A DNA stretch of 64,000 bases from Candidatus Gastranaerophilales bacterium. Its GTDB lineage: Bacteria > Cyanobacteriota > Vampirovibrionia > Gastranaerophilales > Gastranaerophilaceae. Location: positions 32,305 through 96,304 of the forward strand of contig CALVEA010000004.1 of the NCBI GenBank assembly GCA_944326455.1. The letters are read 5' to 3'. The position numbers and the translations under genes are program-made. Numbering within the stretch: position 1 is the first letter of the stretch; every line of letters starts with the position of its first letter. Positions 36,656 to 45,610 of the stretch are shown here, piece by piece. The notes beneath the pieces were generated by a model, which was not told where the DNA came from, did no database searches, and saw only the letters and a program-made list of their open reading frames with translations.

Positions 36656-38242
36656 TTATCCGTTAAATGTCTTGAAGGAGCTTTCAACGTTATCATCGAC
36701 CACTTTCTTAACAGCTTCCATTTCGGTTGAAAGTGCGCTTTGTTCGGTATCAAGCTGTTTTAATCTCAACTCCAGCTGCAAGTCTTCCTGCTGAATAATT
36801 GAAGTCTGTGCATTGATATCCTGAACGGTTTTATCATATACAGCATTATCGTAATAATACTGGTTCATTGCATCTTGGTAAGCGTCATCATCAGTAACTG
36901 TTTCCATATTCAAAGTGTATGTAACGGAATCATTTTCAAAACGAACGCTGGTAAATCTTCCGTTCCCGTCAGTTTCAAGCAGAGCTTTTTCTGTTTCTTC
37001 AACTCTTGTAGAAACATAACTTGCATTGTAATAATTGAGTTTTGCTTGCCCGTCAATATGATTATTTCCGGTTCCGCTTTCATAAGAACTTATTAAATCT
37101 TCATAAGTCGTATAATATGTAGTTCCGTTAAGCTGGAATGAATAAATGCCTCCGGTGTAGCCTCCGTCTTCGCTGTAGCAATCAAGAATGCTTGCATCTA
37201 TTCCTTGTTCTTTTAGGTCTGCTACAACCTGACGAATTTCTGCTTCTTGGTCTTTTGTGAGAGAGGTTAAAAGCGTTAGTTCACTGTTCCCCAGATATGT
37301 AGGTCTTTTTAAAGCTTCATAATCCAGTACAGCTTGGTCATAGGCGCTTTTAGCTGTTTCTTCCGCTTCTTTAAGAGCATCAATTTGGTCATCATATTCG
37401 TTTGCAATATTTCCTATGGAGTTTTGCCCGGAAGTATGCAATACAGGAAGTATTGTTAATGTGCCGCCGCCGCTGCTGCCGTATAAAGAATTTAAATCAG
37501 AACCAAAAGCAATATCTCCTGTGGCTGAGTCAAAGTATACATCGCTCATATCCGGATCATTAGGATCCATATCCAAGGCGCCTTCATCAATCAACCTTTG
37601 AATCCCGGCGAGAACAAGAGCCTGATCGTCAGGATCAAGAGATGCATAACCCGTGTAGTTATGATAATCTCCCGCAGTCATATCTCTGGTACGGAAAGAA
37701 TAAGTATCCGTATTAGCATCGTATGTGCTTTCATTAATACCGGTATAAGTTGTCCTATCAATGTAGTTTGTTAAAGTGGCAGCTTGTTCTTCCAGTTCTT
37801 GTCTTGCGGCAACTGCTTCATCATAAGCCTGTTGGGTTTGTGTAACCAGGTTTTGTGCAGCTGTAATTTGAGCAATCGTTGCTTCTGTCCCTCCGGAGAA
37901 TTGTACCTGAGGGTCAGACAGACGTTTCATAGAACCTGTATATCTGTCAGTGTAGTAATAATGGGTTACAACATAGTTATAATCCGGGTCTGCGCTGGAT
38001 AGCTGCTGCCAGCTGTCTATTACAGAATCATTTGAACCGTCGGAATAAGAGTATTGAATCTTTGTATAGTCCGATGTGCTTGGCGGTACAGGTACCGTCA
38101 AACCCAGCATCTGATTAAATAAATTGGCACTCTGATTTGCCAGGACAGTACGAGCTTGGTTAATCTGCTGACCTTCATATTCGCAATTGGATTTTCGAGC
38201 AACCAGAGCTAAGTATCTGGCTTGTGATGCTGCCATTCCCAT
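36656..38242 (-). CDS. Acidic protein with conserved terminal helices and large variable middle (MGMAASQAR-type)
   Basis: 528 aa; AGGAGA RBS; N- and C-terminal coiled-coil segments around a D/S/T/Y-rich domain. Confidence 0.82.
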   Translation of the reverse strand: MGMAASQARYLALVARKSNCEYEGQQINQARTVLANQSANLFNQMLGLTVPVPPSTSDYTKIQYSYSDGSNDSVIDSWQQLSSADPDYNYVVTHYYYTDRYTGSMKRLSDPQVQFSGGTEATIAQITAAQNLVTQTQQAYDEAVAARQELEEQAATLTNYIDRTTYTGINESTYDANTDTYSFRTRDMTAGDYHNYTGYASLDPDDQALVLAGIQRLIDEGALDMDPNDPDMSDVYFDSATGDIAFGSDLNSLYGSSGGGTLTILPVLHTSGQNSIGNIANEYDDQIDALKEAEETAKSAYDQAVLDYEALKRPTYLGNSELTLLTSLTKDQEAEIRQVVADLKEQGIDASILDCYSEDGGYTGGIYSFQLNGTTYYTTYEDLISSYESGTGNNHIDGQAKLNYYNASYVSTRVEETEKALLETDGNGRFTSVRFENDSVTYTLNMETVTDDDAYQDAMNQYYYDNAVYDKTVQDINAQTSIIQQEDLQLELRLKQLDTEQSALSTEMEAVKKVVDDNVESSFKTFNG

Positions 38243-38275
38243 AAGACTATTCTCCTATTTGTTGTTGTTTTATAT

Positions 38276-38305
38276 GGTTATTAATGAATCTTTACATAAA
38301 GTCAA
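38276..38305 (-). promoter_or_regulatory. Promoter-like 30-mer shared with 29992-30021
   Basis: TTGACTTTATGTAAAGATTCATTAATAACC on the minus strand. Confidence 0.6.
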
Positions 38306-38440
38306 TATTCCTATAATAGTATTATATAGTAGTGTAGACTGTTTTTATTAAATTATTTTTGAAAAATCATCCAAATGAATTAGAAAAGTTTTAAAAATCC
38401 TCTGTTTAATCCAGGAGTTTATATGGTATAATTTTCATCT

Positions 38441-39526
38441 ATGAGACTTTGTAAGTTCTTAATGGTTTTTATATGTTTTTTTGTATTTGCTCCGTGCGTT
38501 TTTGCTATTGAAGAGGTTTTTTTAAGTCCCGAAGATGTTTTTACTAAACCTAAACAAGAGCAGAGAAGCAGATATTTGTTTGAAGAAGTTTTGACTAAAA
38601 ATTTTGAAAAATCTCCTATTGAAACAATTCATCTCTTTGGAATTTACAGAGGAGATTTCGGTTTTGACTTTGCGCCGGACGGAGAGTCGGGTGAGTACAA
38701 CTTTACAGAGCTTAGTGCAGGTGTTAATGGAAAATTTAGAGACGGAAAAACGTATTATGAAGCGAGGTTTCGTTTTTCTCCGCAGAATGACTATTCATTT
38801 TTCCAATTTTTGCCGAGTAATTTGTATATAGCAAATACTGCTATTCCTCATCATACCGTAATATTGGGTAATACACGTACTCCTACGGGTTATGAGGGTG
38901 TTCAGTCTATAGAATCAATCCCTTTTGTTGTCCGATCTCAGATTGCAAGAAATTTCGGAAATGTGAGAAAAGTCGGGTTAAGAGTTAAAGGAAACTATGA
39001 TTTTATAGATTATGATATAGGAGGATACAGTTCTGATACATATTTTAGAAAGTTTTTCCCCGGTGCCGAATTTGCAGGATGGGCAACATTAAAACCGCTT
39101 GCATTTACGGATGGAAAATGGGGAAGTCTAAAGCTTGGCGGAGGTATAACTGCCGGACAAAATGAAATTGATTATTTTGTTTCCGGCGCCTATGCAGGTT
39201 ATGAGTACAAAAACTTTTCTCTGGATTTTGAATATGCAAAAGCAAATGGATATAATGGTTTTTATGCGCTTTCTTCGGATGAAGCTGAAGGATTTTATAC
39301 TACGTTAGGTTATAAAGTGACGCCGAAATTACAATGTTTGATGCGATACGATCAGTACATGCCAAATCTCACGTATTCTGATGATATAAGAAGAGAGTAT
39401 TCTTTTGGAATTAATTATTTCATAAAGGAACAGGCTCTAAAACTAATGTTAAACTATGTTTATTGCCAAAATGATTTATTAGATGATTCACACAGGATAA
39501 TTCTTGGAACTCAGCTTCTTCTTTAA
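38441..39526 (+). CDS. Outer-membrane porin (phosphate-selective OprO/OprP-like)
   Basis: Signal peptide, alternating aromatic beta-strands, GINYFI...LKLMLNY, C-terminal LGTQLLL. Confidence 0.75.
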   Translation: MRLCKFLMVFICFFVFAPCVFAIEEVFLSPEDVFTKPKQEQRSRYLFEEVLTKNFEKSPIETIHLFGIYRGDFGFDFAPDGESGEYNFTELSAGVNGKFRDGKTYYEARFRFSPQNDYSFFQFLPSNLYIANTAIPHHTVILGNTRTPTGYEGVQSIESIPFVVRSQIARNFGNVRKVGLRVKGNYDFIDYDIGGYSSDTYFRKFFPGAEFAGWATLKPLAFTDGKWGSLKLGGGITAGQNEIDYFVSGAYAGYEYKNFSLDFEYAKANGYNGFYALSSDEAEGFYTTLGYKVTPKLQCLMRYDQYMPNLTYSDDIRREYSFGINYFIKEQALKLMLNYVYCQNDLLDDSHRIILGTQLLL

Positions 39527-40305
39527 GCGAGTGTATCCAGCCCATTAAAGGCGCTGTCAGCAATTTGAATATCAAGGTGGTATGTTCCGTCCCCGTGTCC
39601 TTCTACTGCAACTCTGGAGAACAGTCCTGTATTTTTGAGTTTGCTTTGCAAGCTGTAAGCTCTTTGTTGGTTTAGTCCGCCGCCAAGGTCGAGTTTCGGG
39701 TTTTCGCTGTTATAGTGGCTTGCTTGTGAGTTGCTTTTAACGTGAGGAGAATTTTTTGTTCCTAAAGCAGAGGTAACAACCAGGTTTTCGCCGGTCAGAG
39801 AGGCTGCTTTTGCAAGGATTGCACTTGTCCCCTTTCGAGCATAAGGAATATCATTTTGGAAAGAGGCATCACTTACTGTCCAATTGGCGCCTCCGGTTAA
39901 TTTTTCCAAATTTGCGTTCCCTTCAGCAGCACTTAAAGCTTCGCTTCTTGTCATGTTAGCAAATGAATATTTGGAGCTGCCTTTTTGTTTACCGAAGCTT
40001 GGGATGTTATTGTTTAGTTTAAAATTATTCCAAGCATTACCCCAGTCAGAATTTTCAGAAACATTTCCTGCTTGTTTCCAAAGTTCAGAGAAGTCTATTT
40101 TCCCTTGAGTTTCCGGTTTAAAGTTCCATCCTCTCCAGAAGTTAAAGTCTCCGAAATTACAGAAGTTGCTAAAGCCGCCCCAATTCCATATATTTATGCT
40201 GTTAAATGACAGCGGAAAATTGCTGAAATTCCAGTTAAAAACAGGAAATGCAGTTTGTTCGCTTGTAAATTTTATGTTGCTGTAAAGAGTTGAATCGAAG
40301 CTCAT
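39523..40305 (-). CDS. Protein with Phe/Asn/Trp-rich N-terminus and peptidase M15-like C-terminal domain
   Basis: VVTS...SH197...LD206...VE...YH243LD arrangement; AGGAGA RBS. Confidence 0.55.
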   Translation of the reverse strand: MSFDSTLYSNIKFTSEQTAFPVFNWNFSNFPLSFNSINIWNWGGFSNFCNFGDFNFWRGWNFKPETQGKIDFSELWKQAGNVSENSDWGNAWNNFKLNNNIPSFGKQKGSSKYSFANMTRSEALSAAEGNANLEKLTGGANWTVSDASFQNDIPYARKGTSAILAKAASLTGENLVVTSALGTKNSPHVKSNSQASHYNSENPKLDLGGGLNQQRAYSLQSKLKNTGLFSRVAVEGHGDGTYHLDIQIADSAFNGLDTLA

Positions 40306-40464
40306 AGTTTCTCCTTAAATATATAAAGTATATACTTTGTAAATAATTGCCTTTTTGTTACAAATATTTAACATTTTTAAATCTCTACATTTAATAAAGG
40401 ATTTCAAATTAAAAATAATGGTATATTATGTTTATTATCAAATTGGAATATAAGGAGAGTTTAA

Positions 40465-40860
40465 ATGAAAAAAATAATTTGTGCTTTAGGATTTTTGCTG
40501 GTTTTAAGTAGTGCAGCATACGCAGATGGAAATGCATTTACACCGTTGAATTTTAATGATACCGGTTACGGTAAAACTACAGCCAGCGGAAGTGCCGTAT
40601 ACAATAAGTCTGCTGAAACAACTGTGAGCGAAGCAGTAGGAAACGGTAACATTCAGAATGCCTTAACTCAGCTTGAAAATGCGCAAGTAGATATTCGAAA
40701 TGACTTGTTAAACTGCAAAACAAAATATGCAGATGTTGATGCACAATACAAATTAATCAAAAATGAAAGAAGTGCTCTCAAAAAACAAGTAAAGGCTATA
40801 GAAAAGAGAATTAAAGAAATAGATAAAGCAAAAGAAAAAATTAGAAAAAATATGCTTTAA
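40465..40860 (+). CDS. Secreted coiled-coil hypothetical protein
   Basis: Signal peptide ending AYA; AGGAGA RBS; heptad-rich C-terminus. Confidence 0.75.
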   Translation: MKKIICALGFLLVLSSAAYADGNAFTPLNFNDTGYGKTTASGSAVYNKSAETTVSEAVGNGNIQNALTQLENAQVDIRNDLLNCKTKYADVDAQYKLIKNERSALKKQVKAIEKRIKEIDKAKEKIRKNML

Positions 40861-40879
40861 TTTGATTAAGAGATGAAGA

Positions 40880-40921
40880 AGAGAGCGGCGAGCCGGACAT
40901 TTGTCCGGCTCGCCGCTCTCT
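40880..40921. repeat. 20-bp perfect GC-rich inverted repeat between convergent genes
   Basis: AGAGAGCGGCGAGCCGGACA-TT-TGTCCGGCTCGCCGCTCTCT; no U-tract. Confidence 0.85.
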
Positions 40922-40924
40922 CAG

Positions 40925-41239
40925 CTATCGTTTTTGAAAAAGTGTGTCTGTTCTGTCTTGGAGACATACTCCGAATTGGCAATTTGAGTTATAGCTGTAG
41001 TCGCTGTTTTGTGTTCGGAAATTCCGCAGCTGATTGTCCGTGGCTGTATTATGGGATGGAGTCAGTCGAGATTCCGGAGAGCCTGAATACTCTTTAATCA
41101 TTGGGTTTGTGGTATAGGTTGGTTTGAAAGGCTCTCTTATTTGGGCAATTGAACAGGCATTTGTTACTCCATCAATGGGACAGGCTGCAAAAACCGGAGA
41201 TGAGATTAAAATAACGGATAATATTAAAAACTTTTTCAT
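40925..41239 (-). CDS. Small secreted Cys-containing hypothetical protein
   Basis: Signal peptide ending VFA; AGGAG RBS; ACPI...ACS and CQFGVC pairs. Confidence 0.72.
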   Translation of the reverse strand: MKKFLILSVILISSPVFAACPIDGVTNACSIAQIREPFKPTYTTNPMIKEYSGSPESRLTPSHNTATDNQLRNFRTQNSDYSYNSNCQFGVCLQDRTDTLFQKR

Positions 41240-41421
41240 AATAAACTCCTTGCTTACTCTTATATTGTAAAAGCTTTGTTCTTTTTAACATTAGCCGTTT
41301 GTACTACCCTAAAATATTGTTTTATTTCTATTCAAATTTGCAACTTTACACTATTTGAAGGATTTTACAAAACTTAATATAATGTTAGCATACTAATAGA
41401 AGGGGAGTGGAGGGCTGTTTT

Positions 41422-42618
41422 TTGTACGCATATAATCAGCAGAGAGAAATCAGAACCTTACATGTAGTTCCGCAAAAGCGGGTAGTAAGGAGAAGGATTC
41501 AACCAAAAAAGATTAGGGTTAAAAAAGTTAATCCTATAATTGCACTGTTTAGATTTATGGTTGTTTCAGCTTTTCTTGCAGCTTTTGCGGTAATTGTTTT
41601 TCCGGTCAGTTTTCATAGGTTAGTAAAGCAAGTTTTCTTTTTTTCGGGGATTCCTGTAAAAACGTCTTACGAAAATAATATGAAAACACAGAATCCCATT
41701 TACGATACAACTGTCAATTTATATACTCTTGCAAATCCTGTTACAAAATATATTCACAATGATTTGTACGGAAATTATCTTCTTTTGACTCCAACGATTC
41801 AAAAAACTCATAGTGAAGTGACTACAATGTATCATACTTCCGAAATGGGAGGGCTGAAAAAGCAGCTTTTGAATTTGATGGCTCAATATCCTTCAATAAA
41901 ACCGGCAATCTATGTTTGGGAGTACGATAAAGGGCAATATATTGATATTAATGCTGATAAAATTTATCCTGCTGCAAGTATTATAAAACTTCCAATTCTT
42001 GTCAGAATGTTCAAATCAATTGAGGCAAATCAATTTACAATTTACGATGAGATGAAGATGATTGAACAGTATCGTTCATCGGGTTCCGGCAATTTGCAGT
42101 ATTCACAGGCGGGTAGGTCTTATACAATGGACTATCTTGCAAAGATAATGATTCAGGATTCTGACAATACTTCAACTAATATGATAATGGCAAAGTTAGG
42201 CGGCATGGATGACATTAATATCGGTCTGAGAGACTGGGGAATTTCAACCACTTATGTAAGAACCTGGCTTCCTGATTTGAACGGTACTAATAAAACAACA
42301 GCTGCTGATATTGCAAAAATTCTTTATAACCTTGATAATCCCGGATTCTTGAATATTAATTCAAGAGAAAGCATTATTGATTATATGAGTCATGTAAAAA
42401 ATGACAGGTTAATACAGGCAGGTATTAGTGATAATGCTTTATTTATCCACAAAACCGGCGATATAGGGACCATGCTTGGCGATGCCGGAATAGTTTTTGC
42501 TCCTAACGGAAAGAAATATATTGTGGTAATTCTTGCTAATCGTCCTTATAATTCACCTCAAGGAAAAGACTTTATAGTAAAGGCTTCCGGACTTATTTAT
42601 AAAGCTATTGTCGGTTAA
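41422..42618 (+). CDS. Class A beta-lactamase-like serine hydrolase / penicillin-binding protein (PBP-A type), membrane anchored
   Basis: ASIIK (SxxK), SDN, HKTG; omega loop RTWLPDL lacks the deacylating Glu; TM helix near N-terminus; TTG start inferred. Confidence 0.85.
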   Translation: MYAYNQQREIRTLHVVPQKRVVRRRIQPKKIRVKKVNPIIALFRFMVVSAFLAAFAVIVFPVSFHRLVKQVFFFSGIPVKTSYENNMKTQNPIYDTTVNLYTLANPVTKYIHNDLYGNYLLLTPTIQKTHSEVTTMYHTSEMGGLKKQLLNLMAQYPSIKPAIYVWEYDKGQYIDINADKIYPAASIIKLPILVRMFKSIEANQFTIYDEMKMIEQYRSSGSGNLQYSQAGRSYTMDYLAKIMIQDSDNTSTNMIMAKLGGMDDINIGLRDWGISTTYVRTWLPDLNGTNKTTAADIAKILYNLDNPGFLNINSRESIIDYMSHVKNDRLIQAGISDNALFIHKTGDIGTMLGDAGIVFAPNGKKYIVVILANRPYNSPQGKDFIVKASGLIYKAIVG

Positions 42619-42657
42619 TTGTAAAATTTTGTTAAATATTACCCCAAAATTAGGCAA
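42618..42657 (+). promoter_or_regulatory. Tandem TGT(T)AA repeat-17 nt-GGCAA
   Basis: ATTGTAAA-AT-TTTGTTAA-N17-GGCAA upstream of 42818. Confidence 0.5.
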
Positions 42658-42817
42658 GTATTTTTCTTTACGGCTTTTTTGATAGTATGATTAATTAATA
42701 CAAGCCGGAGGAAAATTGTTCATGGAAAGTTTGAACTTAAAAATTTGTTACAATAGGGCAATTTCTAACGAAAAAAATTCTTTATATAAGTACATAGGTA
42801 ATAGAGGATTAAAAATT

Positions 42818-44845
42818 ATGAGAAATTTTGCAAAAAAACTATCAGCCATCGCATTATGTACAATGTTTGCTACAATGCAGGTTTCATTTGCTGCAATGGA
42901 TACCGGTTTAGGCGGCGGAATCGGCGGAGCGGTTATCGACTCGACACAGGGCGGATATGTCGGTATGAATGGTGCAGGTACCGGTAATGTTGACCTTAAC
43001 TTTAATGGTAATGCTCATGTTAACTGGGGTTCTTTGAATATTAATAAAGGTGAAAGTCTGAATTTCAATGCTATAGACGGTAAGAACGGTTTGACTGTTG
43101 TCAATACTGTCAACGGCGGAATGTCTCAGATTTATGGTAATATTAATGCGAATGACGGTATTGCAAAATTAATTATATCTAACCCGAACGGTATGTTATT
43201 TGACGGGGCTAAATTTACTACAGCCGGAGACTTGCAGCTCACAACACAAGCTCTTGGTGTAAATTATGTAAATGGTAATCTTGATATTACAAATTTGAAT
43301 CAAACTGCTTTAGGCAGTATTACTGTTCAAAATACAGACTTTACTGTAGGTGGTGAATTCAATATCACGGCACCTTCTATTGAAATTGTAAAAGGTGTAA
43401 TTAAAGCAGAAAACGGTTTGAAACTTGTTACCAGAAATGGACAGGATTTTATTGCAGCACCTTCAACAGAAGATGTTTATACAGAGAAAGGTGTTCGACT
43501 TGAAACAGTAAGTATTGACGGAAACGTTTATATATTATCAGGAGAAGATGTTGTTAAAGTAGTTAACGGCGGTACTATCAATGGCGATTTAACAATTGAT
43601 TCCCAAGGTGTTGTAGCCCTTAATTATGCAAATCCTGATAAAAATCTTCTTGAAGTTAAAGGTAACTTGAATGCAAAAACAACAGGAAGCAGTGCAGGTT
43701 CAATTACAGACAAAGAAACTGGCAACTATCTTGGCAGTATGATGTATTTAGCAAATGCAAAAGTTGACGGTGATGTTAACTTATCAAATGCCGGCGGTGT
43801 AATGGAAGTCGGTAATTTGACAACCGGCGGAAATGTTTCATTAACAACTACAACCGGTGTAAACGACAATATTAAACATTATGTTCATATTGTCGGCGAA
43901 AATAATATCGGCGGAAACTTAAATATAGATTCAATCCACAATATTCACATCGGCGGTTACTACTTTGAAGAAGGTCAAATCGCAACAGGTAAGTTGAATG
44001 TTGCAGGAACAATTGATGCATTTGCCAGAGAAGGTAGCATTGGTATCTCTTCTGATATAACAGCTCAAACAATTGCTCTTGAATCAGGTACATTGAACAT
44101 TATTACAGATGGAAAAGCAACTTTAGCAGCTGATGAATACAGCTTTATCGCAAATGGATATGTCGGCGGTTTAGATTCTTCAGACAAGTTCATTGATTCA
44201 ATGGAAGGCTACAAGTTACTTCCTCCGACAACATTATCACTTTTATACGTTGACGGCGGTACTATCACAAACCTTGATACACAATATGCAGCTATCGGTT
44301 CTAAAACAAACCTTGATGTAACAGGTGTTAATGCAGACAAAGTTTATTTGGAAGCAGAAAACGATATGAGAATTACAGGTAACGATGTTCACGCAAACCA
44401 AATCAGAGTTGGTAATAAGACTGATAACTTGACAGTCGAAACAGCAAGCAGAGATTACGATTTGAAATATACAAATATCCGCGATGCACAAGAAATTGTA
44501 ATCAATGGTAAGACAGAAATCACTTACGATATGGCAAACGGTCAGAACGGATTAAACGTTAACGAAAATGGCAGACCAAACAACACTACATACCTTGTAG
44601 TAGACGGCGGCAACCAGCCGGGTCCTGGTCCGGATCCAGATCCGCTTCCAAATCCGGAAGATAACGATAACGTTAAAATCTTGAACAACTTACAAAGAGA
44701 TCAAATCAACGCAGCAATCGATGCAAACTCAGTATACACTCCGGTAGCATTCGCAGCTGACTTAGATGAAGAAATTGACAAAGGTGTTCGTAAGAACGTT
44801 GACGGATCTGTTACAGTTGTAAAAACATACGCAATGGGTAAATAA
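42818..44845 (+). CDS. Filamentous-haemagglutinin N-terminal-domain beta-helix surface protein
   Basis: Signal peptide, WGSLNINKGESLNFN and ISNPNG TPS-domain motifs, G/N/T-rich beta-helix, PGPGPDPDP linker; start moved to ATG 42818. Confidence 0.82.
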   Translation: MRNFAKKLSAIALCTMFATMQVSFAAMDTGLGGGIGGAVIDSTQGGYVGMNGAGTGNVDLNFNGNAHVNWGSLNINKGESLNFNAIDGKNGLTVVNTVNGGMSQIYGNINANDGIAKLIISNPNGMLFDGAKFTTAGDLQLTTQALGVNYVNGNLDITNLNQTALGSITVQNTDFTVGGEFNITAPSIEIVKGVIKAENGLKLVTRNGQDFIAAPSTEDVYTEKGVRLETVSIDGNVYILSGEDVVKVVNGGTINGDLTIDSQGVVALNYANPDKNLLEVKGNLNAKTTGSSAGSITDKETGNYLGSMMYLANAKVDGDVNLSNAGGVMEVGNLTTGGNVSLTTTTGVNDNIKHYVHIVGENNIGGNLNIDSIHNIHIGGYYFEEGQIATGKLNVAGTIDAFAREGSIGISSDITAQTIALESGTLNIITDGKATLAADEYSFIANGYVGGLDSSDKFIDSMEGYKLLPPTTLSLLYVDGGTITNLDTQYAAIGSKTNLDVTGVNADKVYLEAENDMRITGNDVHANQIRVGNKTDNLTVETASRDYDLKYTNIRDAQEIVINGKTEITYDMANGQNGLNVNENGRPNNTTYLVVDGGNQPGPGPDPDPLPNPEDNDNVKILNNLQRDQINAAIDANSVYTPVAFAADLDEEIDKGVRKNVDGSVTVVKTYAMGK

Positions 44846-44866
44846 CAAACTCAGATGTAAGATAAA

Positions 44867-44900
44867 AAAAAGAGACCGATTGAAAAATCGGTCTCTTTTT
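44867..44900 (+). terminator. Intrinsic terminator
   Basis: AAAAAGAGACCGAT-TGAAAA-ATCGGTCTCTTTTT. Confidence 0.85.
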
Positions 44901-45001
44901 ATGATTTAATTCAGAGCAGTAGAAGAGAAGTTCTAATATTAAAAAATAAAAGATTAAATAATATTATCGTAAGATGTTTAATTATGTGCTAAAATACTTT
45001 T

Positions 45002-45610
45002 ATGGATATTTTAAGAAGGCTTCTGAATAAAATACGCAGTATAGATAGTAAAAAACGCTATTATATATTAGCTCTTATTGGCGTGATTGGGATAATGGCG
45101 TGGGCTTTTATAACAGCGGGAATCATCACCTGTAATTTTAACAGAGCACAGCTTAAAGGTTCTGAAAATGAGCAAAAAGTTGATGCTCTCGGGCTTATTA
45201 TTACCGAAACAAAAGAAGGGAAAAAGTATTTTGAAATATATGGAGAGAAAGGCAATTACAGCAATGAAGAAAGTCTTGCCGTCCTTCATAATGTTGTAGG
45301 TAATTTCTATAAAGATAATAAAGTTGCAATGAGCTTCCAATCATCTAAAGGTTCTTATAATGAAGACACCGGAGTAATTACACTGTATGAAAATACCTAT
45401 ATTGTACTGGAAGACAGTACCTCTCTTTCTACAGATAAATTGACTTGGTCAGGTTCCAACAACGATACTATTGCTGATGGACATGTCGTGATTAAAAGAG
45501 GAAAAGAAATGCAGGCTGTTGCAGATAAATGTATAATTAGCGCCGGCTATGATAAGTTTAAGATAATAGGAAAAACCCAAACAAAATTATTCAGCGATAA
45601 GGAGAAGTAA
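45002..45610 (+). CDS. lptC: LPS export periplasmic protein LptC-like
   Basis: Single N-terminal TM; SSKGSYNEDTGVITL...LSTDKLTW...IADGHVVI jellyroll pattern; precedes LptA-like gene. Confidence 0.75.
   Translation: MDILRRLLNKIRSIDSKKRYYILALIGVIGIMAWAFITAGIITCNFNRAQLKGSENEQKVDALGLIITETKEGKKYFEIYGEKGNYSNEESLAVLHNVVGNFYKDNKVAMSFQSSKGSYNEDTGVITLYENTYIVLEDSTSLSTDKLTWSGSNNDTIADGHVVIKRGKEMQAVADKCIISAGYDKFKIIGKTQTKLFSDKEK

Noticed and set aside
41422-42618. Antibiotic-resistance beta-lactamase
   Set aside because: Glu166 equivalent absent and membrane anchor present; PBP-like.
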